IMG/VR virus record: IMGVR_UViG_3300044998_000129
Location: 1-60,966 of that record
Origin: a virus
Taxonomy: Duplodnaviria > Caudoviricetes
Strand: one strand, 5' to 3'
DNA length: 60,966 nt
A model generated the notes under the pieces. The model was given only the letters and a program-made list of their open reading frames with translations, did not search any database and was not told where the DNA came from. How positions within the stretch are numbered: the first letter of the stretch is position 1; each line of letters starts with the position of its first letter. Both the position numbers and the translations under genes were made by a program. This document shows, in pieces, positions 8,893 to 17,865 of this stretch.

Positions 8893-8940
8893 CCGGCTTG
8901 TCAAATTCTAGTTGACAAGCCGGGTCGTCGCTGTCAGACT
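8893..8940 (+). promoter_or_regulatory. Perfect 12 bp inverted repeat overlapping a -35 TTGACA (operator/promoter)
   Basis: ccggcttgtcaa-N7-ttgacaagccgg; -10-like CAGACT at 8935. Confidence 0.55.
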
Positions 8941-8964
8941 AGTAGAACTAACTAGGAGTGCTAT

Positions 8965-9828
8965 ATGTCTGAAGAAATCGCAAAAATACCGAATAGTAGC
9001 GAGGCCGAACTAGATTGCCTCGCTTCTGAAATCCTATACGCTACCGAAACGCTGTTCCGAGCTAAGCTAGAATATATTCGCTACGTTGGCTCTCGTTTGT
9101 CAAGGGCCAGGGCGCTGCTTCCATCTGACAAAGATTTCCATGACTGGCGGTCGCTAAACTTTGGCGACAGTCTCACAAGAGAAAGTGCATATAACTACCG
9201 AATCATTGTCGAACGCCTCGGTCATCTTAGCAATGAAGTTTGGGCTAAGATTGGATTGTCAAACTGCTACTTGCTAATGAGCAAAGATCGAGAGACAATC
9301 GACCGTGTTGTTGAGATAGCGATGGCTTCTGAGGAAAAGTCATTGCCTAACTGGAAGTTTTTGGCGCTACTTGCAGAGCCTGAGCTGCCTCCCGATTTAC
9401 CGCCAGAGCTTCGTCCGCCGCCGCCGGGGTATATTCCGCCGCCTACGGCCACGCCTACGGCCACGCCTACGCCTACGGCCACGCCTACGGCCACGCCTAC
9501 GGCCACGCCTACGGCCACGCCTACGGCCACGGCCACGCCTACGGCCACGCCTACGGCCACGCCTACGGCCACGGCCACGCCTACGGCCACGGATCAGAAC
9601 GGCACCCCAAAGATAAAGAAACTTTGGGCTGGACCTGGACCTGTTCCTTTTTATGTGGAGAATGATGATGTGTGCAAGAGAGCTGGATACATGGCTTTCA
9701 AACTAGATGCTACAAAGGAGGAAATCAAACTTGCAACAGGTCTAACAGATCGAAACTTTGATATTGCACTAGCATTTGCATACGGCTATGAAGAAGGCAG
9801 AAAAGACCCAGACTCGCTCGATGACTAA
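8965..9828 (+). CDS. DUF3102-like protein with a Pro/Thr (PTAT)n linker
   Basis: VGSRLSRARALL..FHDW..NF..RESAYNY pattern; 12-nt repeat at 9442-9591. Confidence 0.7.
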   Translation: MSEEIAKIPNSSEAELDCLASEILYATETLFRAKLEYIRYVGSRLSRARALLPSDKDFHDWRSLNFGDSLTRESAYNYRIIVERLGHLSNEVWAKIGLSNCYLLMSKDRETIDRVVEIAMASEEKSLPNWKFLALLAEPELPPDLPPELRPPPPGYIPPPTATPTATPTPTATPTATPTATPTATPTATATPTATPTATPTATATPTATDQNGTPKIKKLWAGPGPVPFYVENDDVCKRAGYMAFKLDATKEEIKLATGLTDRNFDIALAFAYGYEEGRKDPDSLDD

Positions 9829-9970
9829 ATCCCAAGTTCTTCAGCTACTCGTTAAAGAAGGTGCTTTGCGAGCAGCTCGATCTGAAGAAATCTGGGGTAT
9901 TCAACGGGCAAAAAATCTAGTCAAAGACCCAGAAACTGGGCTTTGGTATGTTCAACAAACTATACACTAG
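9821..9970 (+). CDS. Small hypothetical protein
   Basis: 49 aa from ATG 9821, overlapping the end of the upstream gene. Confidence 0.5.
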   Translation: MTKSQVLQLLVKEGALRAARSEEIWGIQRAKNLVKDPETGLWYVQQTIH

Positions 9971-9981
9971 CGGAGAGCTGG

Positions 9982-10404
9982 ATGAACGAGTTTGAAAAGT
10001 ATGTTGCCGAATGGGATAGCCTAGTCGGCCAGATCGAGCAAATTAAGAAACAGCTAAAACCCCTTACAGACAAAGAAATGGAAATGCGAAAGTCGATCCA
10101 TTCCTCTGTTTGTGCGGCTCTTGGGGACAATCTAAAAGAAGGAACAAACACCTATACAATGCCGAGTGGTCGTAAACTAAAAATTGTCAACAATTTTAAG
10201 CGCGAAATCGAAGTCAGCATGATCCCGACCGCACGCGAAGCATTTTCAAAGCTGAACGACACCAGCGTATCTTTCGATCAACTGCTACGAGTCAAGTATG
10301 AACTTGAAAAGCGCGCTTGGTCTTCACTTAGCGATGCAGCCAAACGGGCAGTTTCCACGATGATTTCGACGCGGCCAGATACTCCGCAAATATCCCTTGA
10401 CTAG
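9982..10404 (+). CDS. Conserved phage protein of the recombination module
   Basis: GGAG RBS; coiled N-terminus, KEGTNT motif, C-terminal TPQISL. Confidence 0.75.
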   Translation: MNEFEKYVAEWDSLVGQIEQIKKQLKPLTDKEMEMRKSIHSSVCAALGDNLKEGTNTYTMPSGRKLKIVNNFKREIEVSMIPTAREAFSKLNDTSVSFDQLLRVKYELEKRAWSSLSDAAKRAVSTMISTRPDTPQISLD

Positions 10405-10425
10405 TGCGACGATATGCACTAGCCT
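10397..10425 (+). promoter_or_regulatory. RpoD-type promoter with an internal palindrome
   Basis: cTTGACT-N17-TAGCCT; ctagtgc-N8-gcactag. Confidence 0.6.
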
Positions 10426-10469
10426 AAGCACTAGTCGCGGGCAGGCGGCTCTAGGAAAAGGACACCCCT

Positions 10470-10895
10470 ATGACAAACAAAAATGAAGACTACGACATCT
10501 TTCACGATGTCGATTTTGTCGTGAAGATCGAGCCCAACGAAGCCGATCTTGACGGCGGCTTGGAGTTTAGTGACATGAAAGCCGCTGGATTTCTGCCGAT
10601 GTTTTTCAGCGAGGACGACGAACGTCCCGCTTACGAACAACTCATCGCCAACTATCCCTACGGCATGGATTTCGATGGATTCAATCTGATGACTAGGGGA
10701 GCAGGCGGCGTTCTCGTTCCACATGTCGGACGTATGATCCTGGTTCCCGATCTTCGGCTTTGCTATCCCGGCGATCCTCCGCTCCGGCCGACTTCTTGGG
10801 CAAAACTCCGCGATGAGTGGCTCGTTTTGTTTCAATGCTCTTGGCTGGCTATCATTCAGCCTGACGGAACTTATCGCGTTCACCGCGTCGATTGA
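10470..10895 (+). CDS. Hypothetical protein
   Basis: AAGGA RBS; YPGDPPLRP motif. Confidence 0.8.
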   Translation: MTNKNEDYDIFHDVDFVVKIEPNEADLDGGLEFSDMKAAGFLPMFFSEDDERPAYEQLIANYPYGMDFDGFNLMTRGAGGVLVPHVGRMILVPDLRLCYPGDPPLRPTSWAKLRDEWLVLFQCSWLAIIQPDGTYRVHRVD

Positions 10896-10946
10896 CATTC
10901 CCACGGTGGCCGGGTTAGTGCCACCATTTCAACAACGGAGCGGATA

Positions 10947-11108
10947 ATGACTGGACTTGATCTTCACAAACTCGATCCTCGTAAATTCTTCTTCAGTGAT
11001 CCTGATGATGTGATGGAAGTAGATTTTTACGACAGCGAATTCGACGACGAAGACTTCGGCGACGAAGATTCTGACGAAGATTTTGACGAAGACTTCGACG
11101 ACGAGTAA
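10947..11108 (+). CDS. 53 aa extremely acidic protein (not in the ORF track)
   Basis: MTGLDLHKLDPRKFFFSDPDDVMEVDFYDSEFDDEDFGDEDSDEDFDEDFDDE; GGAG RBS; downstream hairpin. Confidence 0.75.
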   Translation: MTGLDLHKLDPRKFFFSDPDDVMEVDFYDSEFDDEDFGDEDSDEDFDEDFDDE

Positions 11109-11114
11109 CAAATA

Positions 11115-11143
11115 GGCGCGGCTAAACTAGATTTAGCCGCGCC
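11115..11143 (+). terminator. Perfect hairpin, probable terminator
   Basis: ggcgcggctaaa-ctaga-tttagccgcgcc. Confidence 0.65.
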
Positions 11144-11163
11144 ATCTAAAAACAGGAGGTTTC

Positions 11164-11853
11164 ATGCCGCTTAATTGGAGCACAACAGACGTAGCTGGTT
11201 CTACGCATGGGATTAAAGCCCTTGTTTACGGAGCGGCTGGCTCTGGAAAAACGACGCTCTGCGGAACTGCACCATCACCGCTTATCATCAGCGCAGAAGC
11301 AGGTCTTTTGTCTCTTCGAAACAAGAAAATACCTGTCTTGGAAGTTAAGACAATTCAAGACGTTTGGGATGCGCTGACTTGGTGTCGTAATGAAGCAGCG
11401 AAAAACGGGATTAAAACAATCTGCCTAGATTCCGTTAGCGAAATTGTGGAAACAGTTCTTGCCAACGAAAAGAAGAAAACAAAAGATCCTAGATTGGCTT
11501 ATGGAGAGACGGCAACCCTAAGCATTGATCTAATCAAGTCGTTCCGTGATTTGGCAGGTTTTAACGTTCTAATTACTGCAAAGCAATCAAATACGACAGA
11601 TGCGATCACGGGAGTTTCTCGCGTTGGACCTACGGCTCCAGGTCAGCAAATTGGACCTGCGCTGCCGTATTTGTTCGATCTTGTGATGCACGCGGCCACC
11701 GACAAAGATTCGAACGGCAAGACTTTCCACTACCTACGAACGCACGCTTCGTTTAACGCAGAAGCTAAAGATAGAAGCGGTGCTCTGGACGAAATCGAAT
11801 TCCCTGATTTTACCGCAATCATAAATAAAATTCAGGGAGCATCAGTAAAATGA
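11164..11853 (+). CDS. Sak4-like AAA_24 ATPase (single-strand annealing recombinase)
   Basis: YGAAGSGKTT Walker A, ICLDSVSE Walker B, AKDRSG; adjacent to a DUF669-type SSB. Confidence 0.85.
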   Translation: MPLNWSTTDVAGSTHGIKALVYGAAGSGKTTLCGTAPSPLIISAEAGLLSLRNKKIPVLEVKTIQDVWDALTWCRNEAAKNGIKTICLDSVSEIVETVLANEKKKTKDPRLAYGETATLSIDLIKSFRDLAGFNVLITAKQSNTTDAITGVSRVGPTAPGQQIGPALPYLFDLVMHAATDKDSNGKTFHYLRTHASFNAEAKDRSGALDEIEFPDFTAIINKIQGASVK

Positions 11854-11887
11854 AAGAGTTTCTTTACACCAGAAAGGAGACTAACTT

Positions 11888-12565
11888 ATGGTTCAAATGA
11901 ACTTTAATGCGACACAATATGATCCATACCAAGCGGGTATGGACATATTTGAAACGGGGGAATACACATTTCAGATCATCGGATCGGAAGTGAAACCTAC
12001 GCGGTCAGGAAATGGACAGATGCTTGTTTTCACGCTGTCCTGTCTCGATGAAGGTCTTGTCGGTCGGCGACTGACAATTCGGCTCAACATCGTCAATGCA
12101 AACCCGCAAGCGGTCGATATTGCTTTCCGAGAGCTTTCGGCGATCTCGCATGTTTGCGGTATCTTGAATTGGCAAGACACGCAACAGCTTCATGGTCGGC
12201 CTTTCCGTGTCCGCGTCGAAAAAGTTCCTCGTTCCGACGATCCCACGAAGTTTGGAAACGAGGTCAAAGGCTATTTGGACATAAACGGTCAGCCTCCGGG
12301 CAAGAATGGAGCTTCGGCGTCTGCTGCGCCCGCCGCGCCAACGGCTCCGCCGGTTCCGCCCGCTGCGCCACCGCATTTCGCACCGCCGCAAAACGGGGCT
12401 TCTGCTCCGCCGCCCCCGGTTCCGCCCGCTGCGCCACCGGCTCCGCCGCCCTCGGCTCCGCCCGCTGCGCCCCCGGCTCCGCAACCTTGGGCGACTCCGC
12501 CGTTTGCGCAGCCTTCCGAGGCCCCGACTGCTGGAAATCCGGTTCCACCCTGGCTCCAACAATAA
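11888..12565 (+). CDS. DUF669-type single-stranded DNA-binding protein
   Basis: GEY...SEVKPT..G.G.ML, LNIVN.NPQAV.IA.RELSAI; Pro-rich tail ending PPW. Confidence 0.85.
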   Translation: MVQMNFNATQYDPYQAGMDIFETGEYTFQIIGSEVKPTRSGNGQMLVFTLSCLDEGLVGRRLTIRLNIVNANPQAVDIAFRELSAISHVCGILNWQDTQQLHGRPFRVRVEKVPRSDDPTKFGNEVKGYLDINGQPPGKNGASASAAPAAPTAPPVPPAAPPHFAPPQNGASAPPPPVPPAAPPAPPPSAPPAAPPAPQPWATPPFAQPSEAPTAGNPVPPWLQQ

Positions 12566-12574
12566 TGTCAATGA

Positions 12575-12601
12575 AACGGCCACCGTCACCCCGGTGGCCG
12601 T
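12575..12601 (+). terminator. Hairpin built from two inverted copies of the CGGTGGCC octamer
   Basis: acggccaccg-tcaccc-cggtggccgt followed by cttct. Confidence 0.6.
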
Positions 12602-12619
12602 CTTCTAAACGGTCGTTTA

Positions 12620-13006
12620 ATGTCAATAGAAGAGCTGGAAAAAGAACTTCGATTTTTGCGTTCGATGCGCAGAACTTGTAAAACTTGTAAAGGAAACGAT
12701 CCAGAGTGCAAGGCGATTTTCTGCTCGGCTGTCCGCTGTCTTGAACAATCAATGGCCGAAACAAACAAACTCAACGCTGAACTTCTTAAGGTGCGTATGA
12801 TGATACCTAAGCCGTTTCGGTGTAGGACTCTTCACGACTCTTTGATGAGTTGGCAAAACGCCTATCGGAGTGCCTACTTGATTCTGCGTGCGCTTGATTT
12901 TCCAAGTATTGACTTTTCTAAGTATCGAAACAATGTAACCAAGTTCTATAAAGAAGATATTGACCGGGTTCGCAAGCAGATAGTATATTTTAGGGTTCGT
13001 AAATAG
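12620..13006 (+). CDS. Hypothetical protein with Cys motifs
   Basis: 128 aa; CKTC...ECKAIFC. Confidence 0.6.
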   Translation: MSIEELEKELRFLRSMRRTCKTCKGNDPECKAIFCSAVRCLEQSMAETNKLNAELLKVRMMIPKPFRCRTLHDSLMSWQNAYRSAYLILRALDFPSIDFSKYRNNVTKFYKEDIDRVRKQIVYFRVRK

Positions 13007-13065
13007 TGCTTGCTTTCATAGCTAACGTCGTGTAACGTGGTCTTATATCAAACAGGAGGAAGAAT

Positions 13066-13770
13066 ATGACCATCGCTGAAAAGATCAGAAAGATCATTGC
13101 CAAAGCCGAGAGCACGACCAGCTCTGAAGAAGCAGCAATTTTTATGGAAAAAGCCCATCGTTTGATGGAGGAGCACAGCATCAGCCTTCTCGATCTGGGA
13201 AGACTTGATACTGATGATCCGGTCGGGATTGATCTCTATTCTTATGAGTCAAAGAAATCAACACCATGGCGTGAAACTTTGGCTGGAACGCTTGCACAAT
13301 ACTATGGTTGCCGACTTGTTACAGAAAGCACTTATAAGAACGGCAAGGTCGAAGAAATATGGCATTCCATTGCAGGAAGACAGTCAGCTAGAATTACCTA
13401 TCAACTGATGTGGCCATTTGTTCTCAAGCAAGTAATGAAAATCGCTAACGAAGATTACAAGAATGGCTACTACGACAATCCGCCGCAAGCCTATAGACAA
13501 ACGGCACTTGCTCTAGCAGTTCGAATAAATAAATTAAACAAAGAGCGCCAAAACGAGGCCGATCAGTCTTCAAACAAACTAGCACAAGTCAACGCGCTTG
13601 TTCCGGTCGATGTGATAGAGGACTTGATTGATCTCTACTTTCCAAATTCTAGGATTACCGGAGCTAAAAATGTTTCAATTAACCCTCACGCACTTCAAAG
13701 AGCTAACGAAGTTAGTCTCAATCGACAAACTTCGGGTTCTGCTAGTTCTTTGAGGATTGGGCATGACTGA
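13066..13770 (+). CDS. DUF2786-domain protein
   Basis: EKIRKIIAKAEST.SSEEAA.FMEKA.RLMEEH N-terminus; promoter TTGCTT-N17-TAACGT at 13010. Confidence 0.8.
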   Translation: MTIAEKIRKIIAKAESTTSSEEAAIFMEKAHRLMEEHSISLLDLGRLDTDDPVGIDLYSYESKKSTPWRETLAGTLAQYYGCRLVTESTYKNGKVEEIWHSIAGRQSARITYQLMWPFVLKQVMKIANEDYKNGYYDNPPQAYRQTALALAVRINKLNKERQNEADQSSNKLAQVNALVPVDVIEDLIDLYFPNSRITGAKNVSINPHALQRANEVSLNRQTSGSASSLRIGHD

Positions 13771-14242
13771 AAAAGTAGTTTATGCTACTGTCATTTCTGA
13801 TGCTTCGTTTTATCGAAAAGTGAACAAGAAAGGTCGCACCCGGCGTATTCGCGCCGGGTGGGCCGCTTACATTCGCGTCGATGAAATTCCAAAACCTATC
13901 AAAGTTTTTGGAGAAATAAAAGCTAAAAAACTGACAAGCACTACTTGCGAAATGTATGCTGCCCTAAATGGAGCCTGGGTAGCTAAAAAGCATGGAGCTA
14001 ATAACATTTTAATACGAAGCGACTGTATGACAGTAGTAAACGCTATCGAGCGTAAAAACATTAGTGAAGAGCTTTTAGCTTTTTGGGATCACTGCGTAGA
14101 AGAAGCTGATCTTAAAGATGTCGTAATTAAGGCTTCGCATGTTAAAGGTCACGGAAGTATTAACAGCGCCGCAACTTGGGTAAACAATTGGTGTGATGTT
14201 CATGCACGTCTTGCAATTCAACTAGCGCCTCGGAGAATATAA
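13763..14242 (+). CDS. Ribonuclease H-like protein
   Basis: SDASF, E(M)YA, RSDC, HVKGH, N.WCD..AR RNase HI motifs. Confidence 0.85.
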   Translation: MTEKVVYATVISDASFYRKVNKKGRTRRIRAGWAAYIRVDEIPKPIKVFGEIKAKKLTSTTCEMYAALNGAWVAKKHGANNILIRSDCMTVVNAIERKNISEELLAFWDHCVEEADLKDVVIKASHVKGHGSINSAATWVNNWCDVHARLAIQLAPRRI

Positions 14243-15196
14243 ATGCGGAAAATAGCCGTCGAAGAATTAAAAAAGCGCGTTGAGGCTGCAAGCAAAGAAC
14301 TTCTTGACGGGTTAGACGCTGAAAAGAAACGCGGCCATCTTGGAGCGAGCCAAATCGGCCACCGTTGCGCAAGGCAGGCTTGGTATAGCTTCCGTTGGTT
14401 CTACCGAGGACAGCATACAGCGCGGATGCTTCGTTTGTTTAATCGAGGCCATCAAGAAGAAGAACGAATAATCCGTTGGATGCGCGCGGCTGGATACAAA
14501 GTTCGCGAGCACAGTAAACGACTTGTTTATAGTTCTCAAATAGGCTATAATCTATTGGACTGGGACGACGATCTTGATTCATATGACGATGTATCAGACG
14601 ATCCCGCTCATATACTTATGGCAAAGAAACTAGGTCTTAAACTTCAACAGTTTGGCTTCGTTGCTTGCGATGGTCATTTCTGCGGATCGTGCGACGGAAT
14701 AGTTTCTGGACCGCACTTGCCTGATGGATGGGGACTAATCGAATTCAAAACAATGAACGACAAGGCGTTCAAAGACACGGTGGCCAAAAGCGTTCTATCT
14801 GCAAAGCCGATATATTGGATTCAAATGCAGATATACATGAACATGCTTAGTCTACCGTGGGCGTTATTTATTAGCGTCAATAAGAATGACGATGATCTAT
14901 ACTTCGAGATAGTAAATCATAAGCCAGAAGTTGCCGAACAATATATTAGCCTAGCGAAGTCAATCATCGACTCAAAACAACCACCACAGCGAATAAAGGA
15001 AGATCCTTCGTGGTTTGAATGTAAATATTGTGATTTTAGAGAAATATGTCATTACGACAAGCAACCTGACAAAAACTGTCGAACATGCCAGTATAGCACA
15101 ACAGCACCAGAAAGTAACTTCTATTGCGAGCTTCATAGAAGTAACATACCATATGACTTCCAGCAAACTGGATGCGATAAATGGTTTCCTCACTGA
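14243..15196 (+). CDS. Cas4-like PD-(D/E)XK exonuclease
   Basis: LGASQIGH.C.R, GSCDG, IEFKT, QMQIY, CKYCDF..IC. Confidence 0.85.
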   Translation: MRKIAVEELKKRVEAASKELLDGLDAEKKRGHLGASQIGHRCARQAWYSFRWFYRGQHTARMLRLFNRGHQEEERIIRWMRAAGYKVREHSKRLVYSSQIGYNLLDWDDDLDSYDDVSDDPAHILMAKKLGLKLQQFGFVACDGHFCGSCDGIVSGPHLPDGWGLIEFKTMNDKAFKDTVAKSVLSAKPIYWIQMQIYMNMLSLPWALFISVNKNDDDLYFEIVNHKPEVAEQYISLAKSIIDSKQPPQRIKEDPSWFECKYCDFREICHYDKQPDKNCRTCQYSTTAPESNFYCELHRSNIPYDFQQTGCDKWFPH

Positions 15197-17007
15197 TCCC
15201 GCGTGATTATCAAATTGCGGCTGCACAAGCCCTGTGGAATCAAGTTCATAGTCGGCCAGATCAGAACCCACTTGTCGTTATGGCGACAGGGCTTGGCAAA
15301 TCGTTGAACATTGCTATGTTTGTTCAACAAATGCTGTATGCATATCCGCATGTTAGAATCATGGTCGTTACCCACGTCAAAGAATTGATCGAGGGAAACT
15401 ATCGGGCTTTGATGAACCTATGGCCTGGCGCTCCGGCGGGCATTTATAGCGCAGGTCTAGGTGTGCGCGAAACGCGCGCACAAGTTACTTACGCCGGAAT
15501 TGCCTCGGTGGCCAAACGGCCAGAGACTTTTCAGCGTGTTGATTTTCTTGTGATTGATGAGGCACATCGTATTAGTGATAACGACTCTGCGATGTATGTC
15601 CGATTCATTAATGGGCTCAAGAAAAAGAATCCTCATCTAATTACAATCGGATTTACGGCCACCGCGTTTCGAATGGGAATGGGTATGCTGACCGATGGTG
15701 AACTATTTGATGTTGAATGTTTTAATATCGGCCACGGCGAATCTTTTGTTTGGGCTATTGAAAACGGCTACTTGATGAAGCTAGTTCCTAAGCACCCTGG
15801 CTTTCAACTTGACGATAGTTCTATTGGAATTGTCGCGGGCGACTTTGACAATAAAGCTGCTTCACAAGCCTTTAAGGATCAAGACATTCTTGAACAAGCA
15901 GTTGATACAACTATTGCTTTCGGCGAGGAACAAAATCGTCGATCATGGTTGACTTTCTGTCAATCAATCGAAGATTCTGAATTGATTGCAGATATGTTTC
16001 GGTATAAGGGCTATCCAGTTGAGCCTGTTCATAGTAAACGGGATGATCGCGACGAGGTTCTTAAAGCCTTCAAAGAAGGTAAACTTCGTGGCGTAACGAA
16101 TAAAGATGTGCTTACAACAGGATTCGATCATCCTGGAATTGATCTGATCTCAATGCTGCGACTAACGCGGTCGCCCGGCCTATGGGTTCAGATGCTTGGA
16201 AGGGGAACGCGACCTGTGTTCGCTCCGGGCTATGATATTACGACAAAGGAAGGTCGGCTTAATGCTATTCTAGCAGGTCCAAAGCAGTCTTGTCTAGTGC
16301 TAGACTTTTGCGGCAACAGCGAAAGGCTTGGGCCTATCAATTATCCAACTTTTCCAAAACGGCGAAACTCTTCTGGCTCAGAAGATACGCCTATGCGGTG
16401 CTGCCCGCAATGTGCAACTTTTATTCATATCTCTATCAAAGTTTGCACAGAGTGTGGATATGAGTTTCCAGCGCCTGAAAAAGTCCGTCCAGAACCATCC
16501 GAAGCCGAGCTTGTAAAATCTCGTAACCAAACAATAGATCTAACTAAACAACCAGAACCAAAACAATTTGAAGTGTTTCCGGTTCATAGGATGATCTGTT
16601 CTCATAATATAGGAAAACGTGGCAAGCGAGATACCATGCGTGTTGATTATTTTAGCGGTGTTAGACGATTCAGCACCTGGGTTTGCTTTGAACATGAAAT
16701 TGGTAGCTTTCCTAGGCGCAAAGCTGAAGAATGGTGGCGCGACCATTGTGATTCTAAAAGCCTGGCACCTACTTCCGTTGAAAAAGCTCTTTCGTTTAGT
16801 TTGGACTTTGTTAAACCAAAGTTCATAAAAGTTTGGATAAATACAGAATATCCAGAAATCGTTGGATACGATTTTCGAGGAACTTGCTTTGAACTTCCAC
16901 CGGAAGTCGGAGGGCCTCCTTTGCAAGAGCCTGGTCCTGATCCAACCTTACCGCCACCTGCTCCGTCCTATCAAAACTATTTCGGTGATGACGATATACC
17001 TTTTTGA
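15181..17007 (+). CDS. SF2 helicase (RadD/YejH-like) with zinc ribbon
   Basis: ATGLGKS, DEAH, TAT, QMLGRGTR, CPQC...CTECG; ends GDDDIPF. Confidence 0.9.
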   Translation: MVSSLIPRDYQIAAAQALWNQVHSRPDQNPLVVMATGLGKSLNIAMFVQQMLYAYPHVRIMVVTHVKELIEGNYRALMNLWPGAPAGIYSAGLGVRETRAQVTYAGIASVAKRPETFQRVDFLVIDEAHRISDNDSAMYVRFINGLKKKNPHLITIGFTATAFRMGMGMLTDGELFDVECFNIGHGESFVWAIENGYLMKLVPKHPGFQLDDSSIGIVAGDFDNKAASQAFKDQDILEQAVDTTIAFGEEQNRRSWLTFCQSIEDSELIADMFRYKGYPVEPVHSKRDDRDEVLKAFKEGKLRGVTNKDVLTTGFDHPGIDLISMLRLTRSPGLWVQMLGRGTRPVFAPGYDITTKEGRLNAILAGPKQSCLVLDFCGNSERLGPINYPTFPKRRNSSGSEDTPMRCCPQCATFIHISIKVCTECGYEFPAPEKVRPEPSEAELVKSRNQTIDLTKQPEPKQFEVFPVHRMICSHNIGKRGKRDTMRVDYFSGVRRFSTWVCFEHEIGSFPRRKAEEWWRDHCDSKSLAPTSVEKALSFSLDFVKPKFIKVWINTEYPEIVGYDFRGTCFELPPEVGGPPLQEPGPDPTLPPPAPSYQNYFGDDDIPF

Positions 17008-17064
17008 GCCTTTCTATGATAACATTTAATCGCAAAAATTCTTTAGGTCTTTTGACTTTAACGC

Positions 17065-17093
17065 TTGCAACCTGTCGCAAGGTCTGCTAAGGT
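17065..17093 (+). promoter_or_regulatory. RpoD-type promoter
   Basis: cTTGCAA-N17-TAAGGT. Confidence 0.6.
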
Positions 17094-17138
17094 TAGTCTA
17101 CTTGGACCATTTCAAATGACCAAACCCAGGAGCCAATT

Positions 17139-17789
17139 ATGGCAAAGAAAACGAAAGCGCAGGAGACTGACGACATGACTAACGAAACCGAAGAAATCCC
17201 CGTCGATGATCTGCAAGAGCGGGCGCGGATTGCTGCCGAGAACGCTGAGCGTCAGCGGATCGCGGCTGCAAAACTCGCTGAAGAAATGCAAGCGAAAGCT
17301 GCTGCTGCGGCTGCCGAGCGCAAGCGCAAGCAGGAGGAAGCCGCCGCCCTCAAAGCAGCGAAGGCTGCTGAGCGTGAAGCTGCCAAGGCTGAGCGCGAAG
17401 CTGCTAAGGCTGTGCGAGAAGCACAAAAAGCGGCTGCTCGTGAAGCTCGCGAAGCTGCTCGTGCTGCAAAGGCTGCCGAGCGCGAAGCAGCAAAGGCGAG
17501 CAAAGCAGCAGCGCGTGTGAACCGTGTGAAGCAAAACGGTGTCACGCAACCGCTGCCCGATTCCATCTGCGGTCGTGCATGGGCTATCTTTAACGCTGTT
17601 TCCGCAGCGATGAAGGAACCCGCTCCGATTTCGGCTTGTTGGGAAATGGCCGAGGCCGAAGGCATCAATCCAGCTACGCTGAAAACGCAATACGGGCTGT
17701 GGCGTAAGTTCTACGGCATCCGCACGATTCGCGTTGCCGCCAGTCCTGTTGAAACCGCACAGCCCGAGGAAGCTGTAGCGGCAGAGTAA
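17139..17789 (+). CDS. Ala/Lys/Glu/Arg-rich coiled-coil protein with a C-terminal helical (putative DNA-binding) domain
   Basis: AEREAAKA repeats; QNGV.QP...CGRAWAIF...GINPATLKTQY..WRKFYGI; own promoter and terminator. Confidence 0.75.
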   Translation: MAKKTKAQETDDMTNETEEIPVDDLQERARIAAENAERQRIAAAKLAEEMQAKAAAAAAERKRKQEEAAALKAAKAAEREAAKAEREAAKAVREAQKAAAREAREAARAAKAAEREAAKASKAAARVNRVKQNGVTQPLPDSICGRAWAIFNAVSAAMKEPAPISACWEMAEAEGINPATLKTQYGLWRKFYGIRTIRVAASPVETAQPEEAVAAE

Positions 17790-17808
17790 GCTAGGCACGG
17801 CTTACTCG

Positions 17809-17849
17809 AACGGCCCTGCGTTTTTCCTCCCGGCGCAGGGCCGTTTTCT
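17809..17849 (+). terminator. Rho-independent terminator
   Basis: aacggccctgcg...cgcagggccgtt-ttct. Confidence 0.75.
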
Positions 17850-17865
17850 GGGCAAAGAGGACAAC

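Noticed and set aside
9267-9616. Alternative-frame ORFs (VAVG)n and (RPRL)n, and similar ones at 12005-12764, 20409-20874 and 29083-29725
   Set aside because: Stop-free by-products of GC-rich tandem repeats overlapping better-supported genes
14243-15196. Cas4 as evidence of a CRISPR-Cas system
   Set aside because: Solo Cas4-like nucleases are common in phage recombination modules; no cas1/cas2 or array
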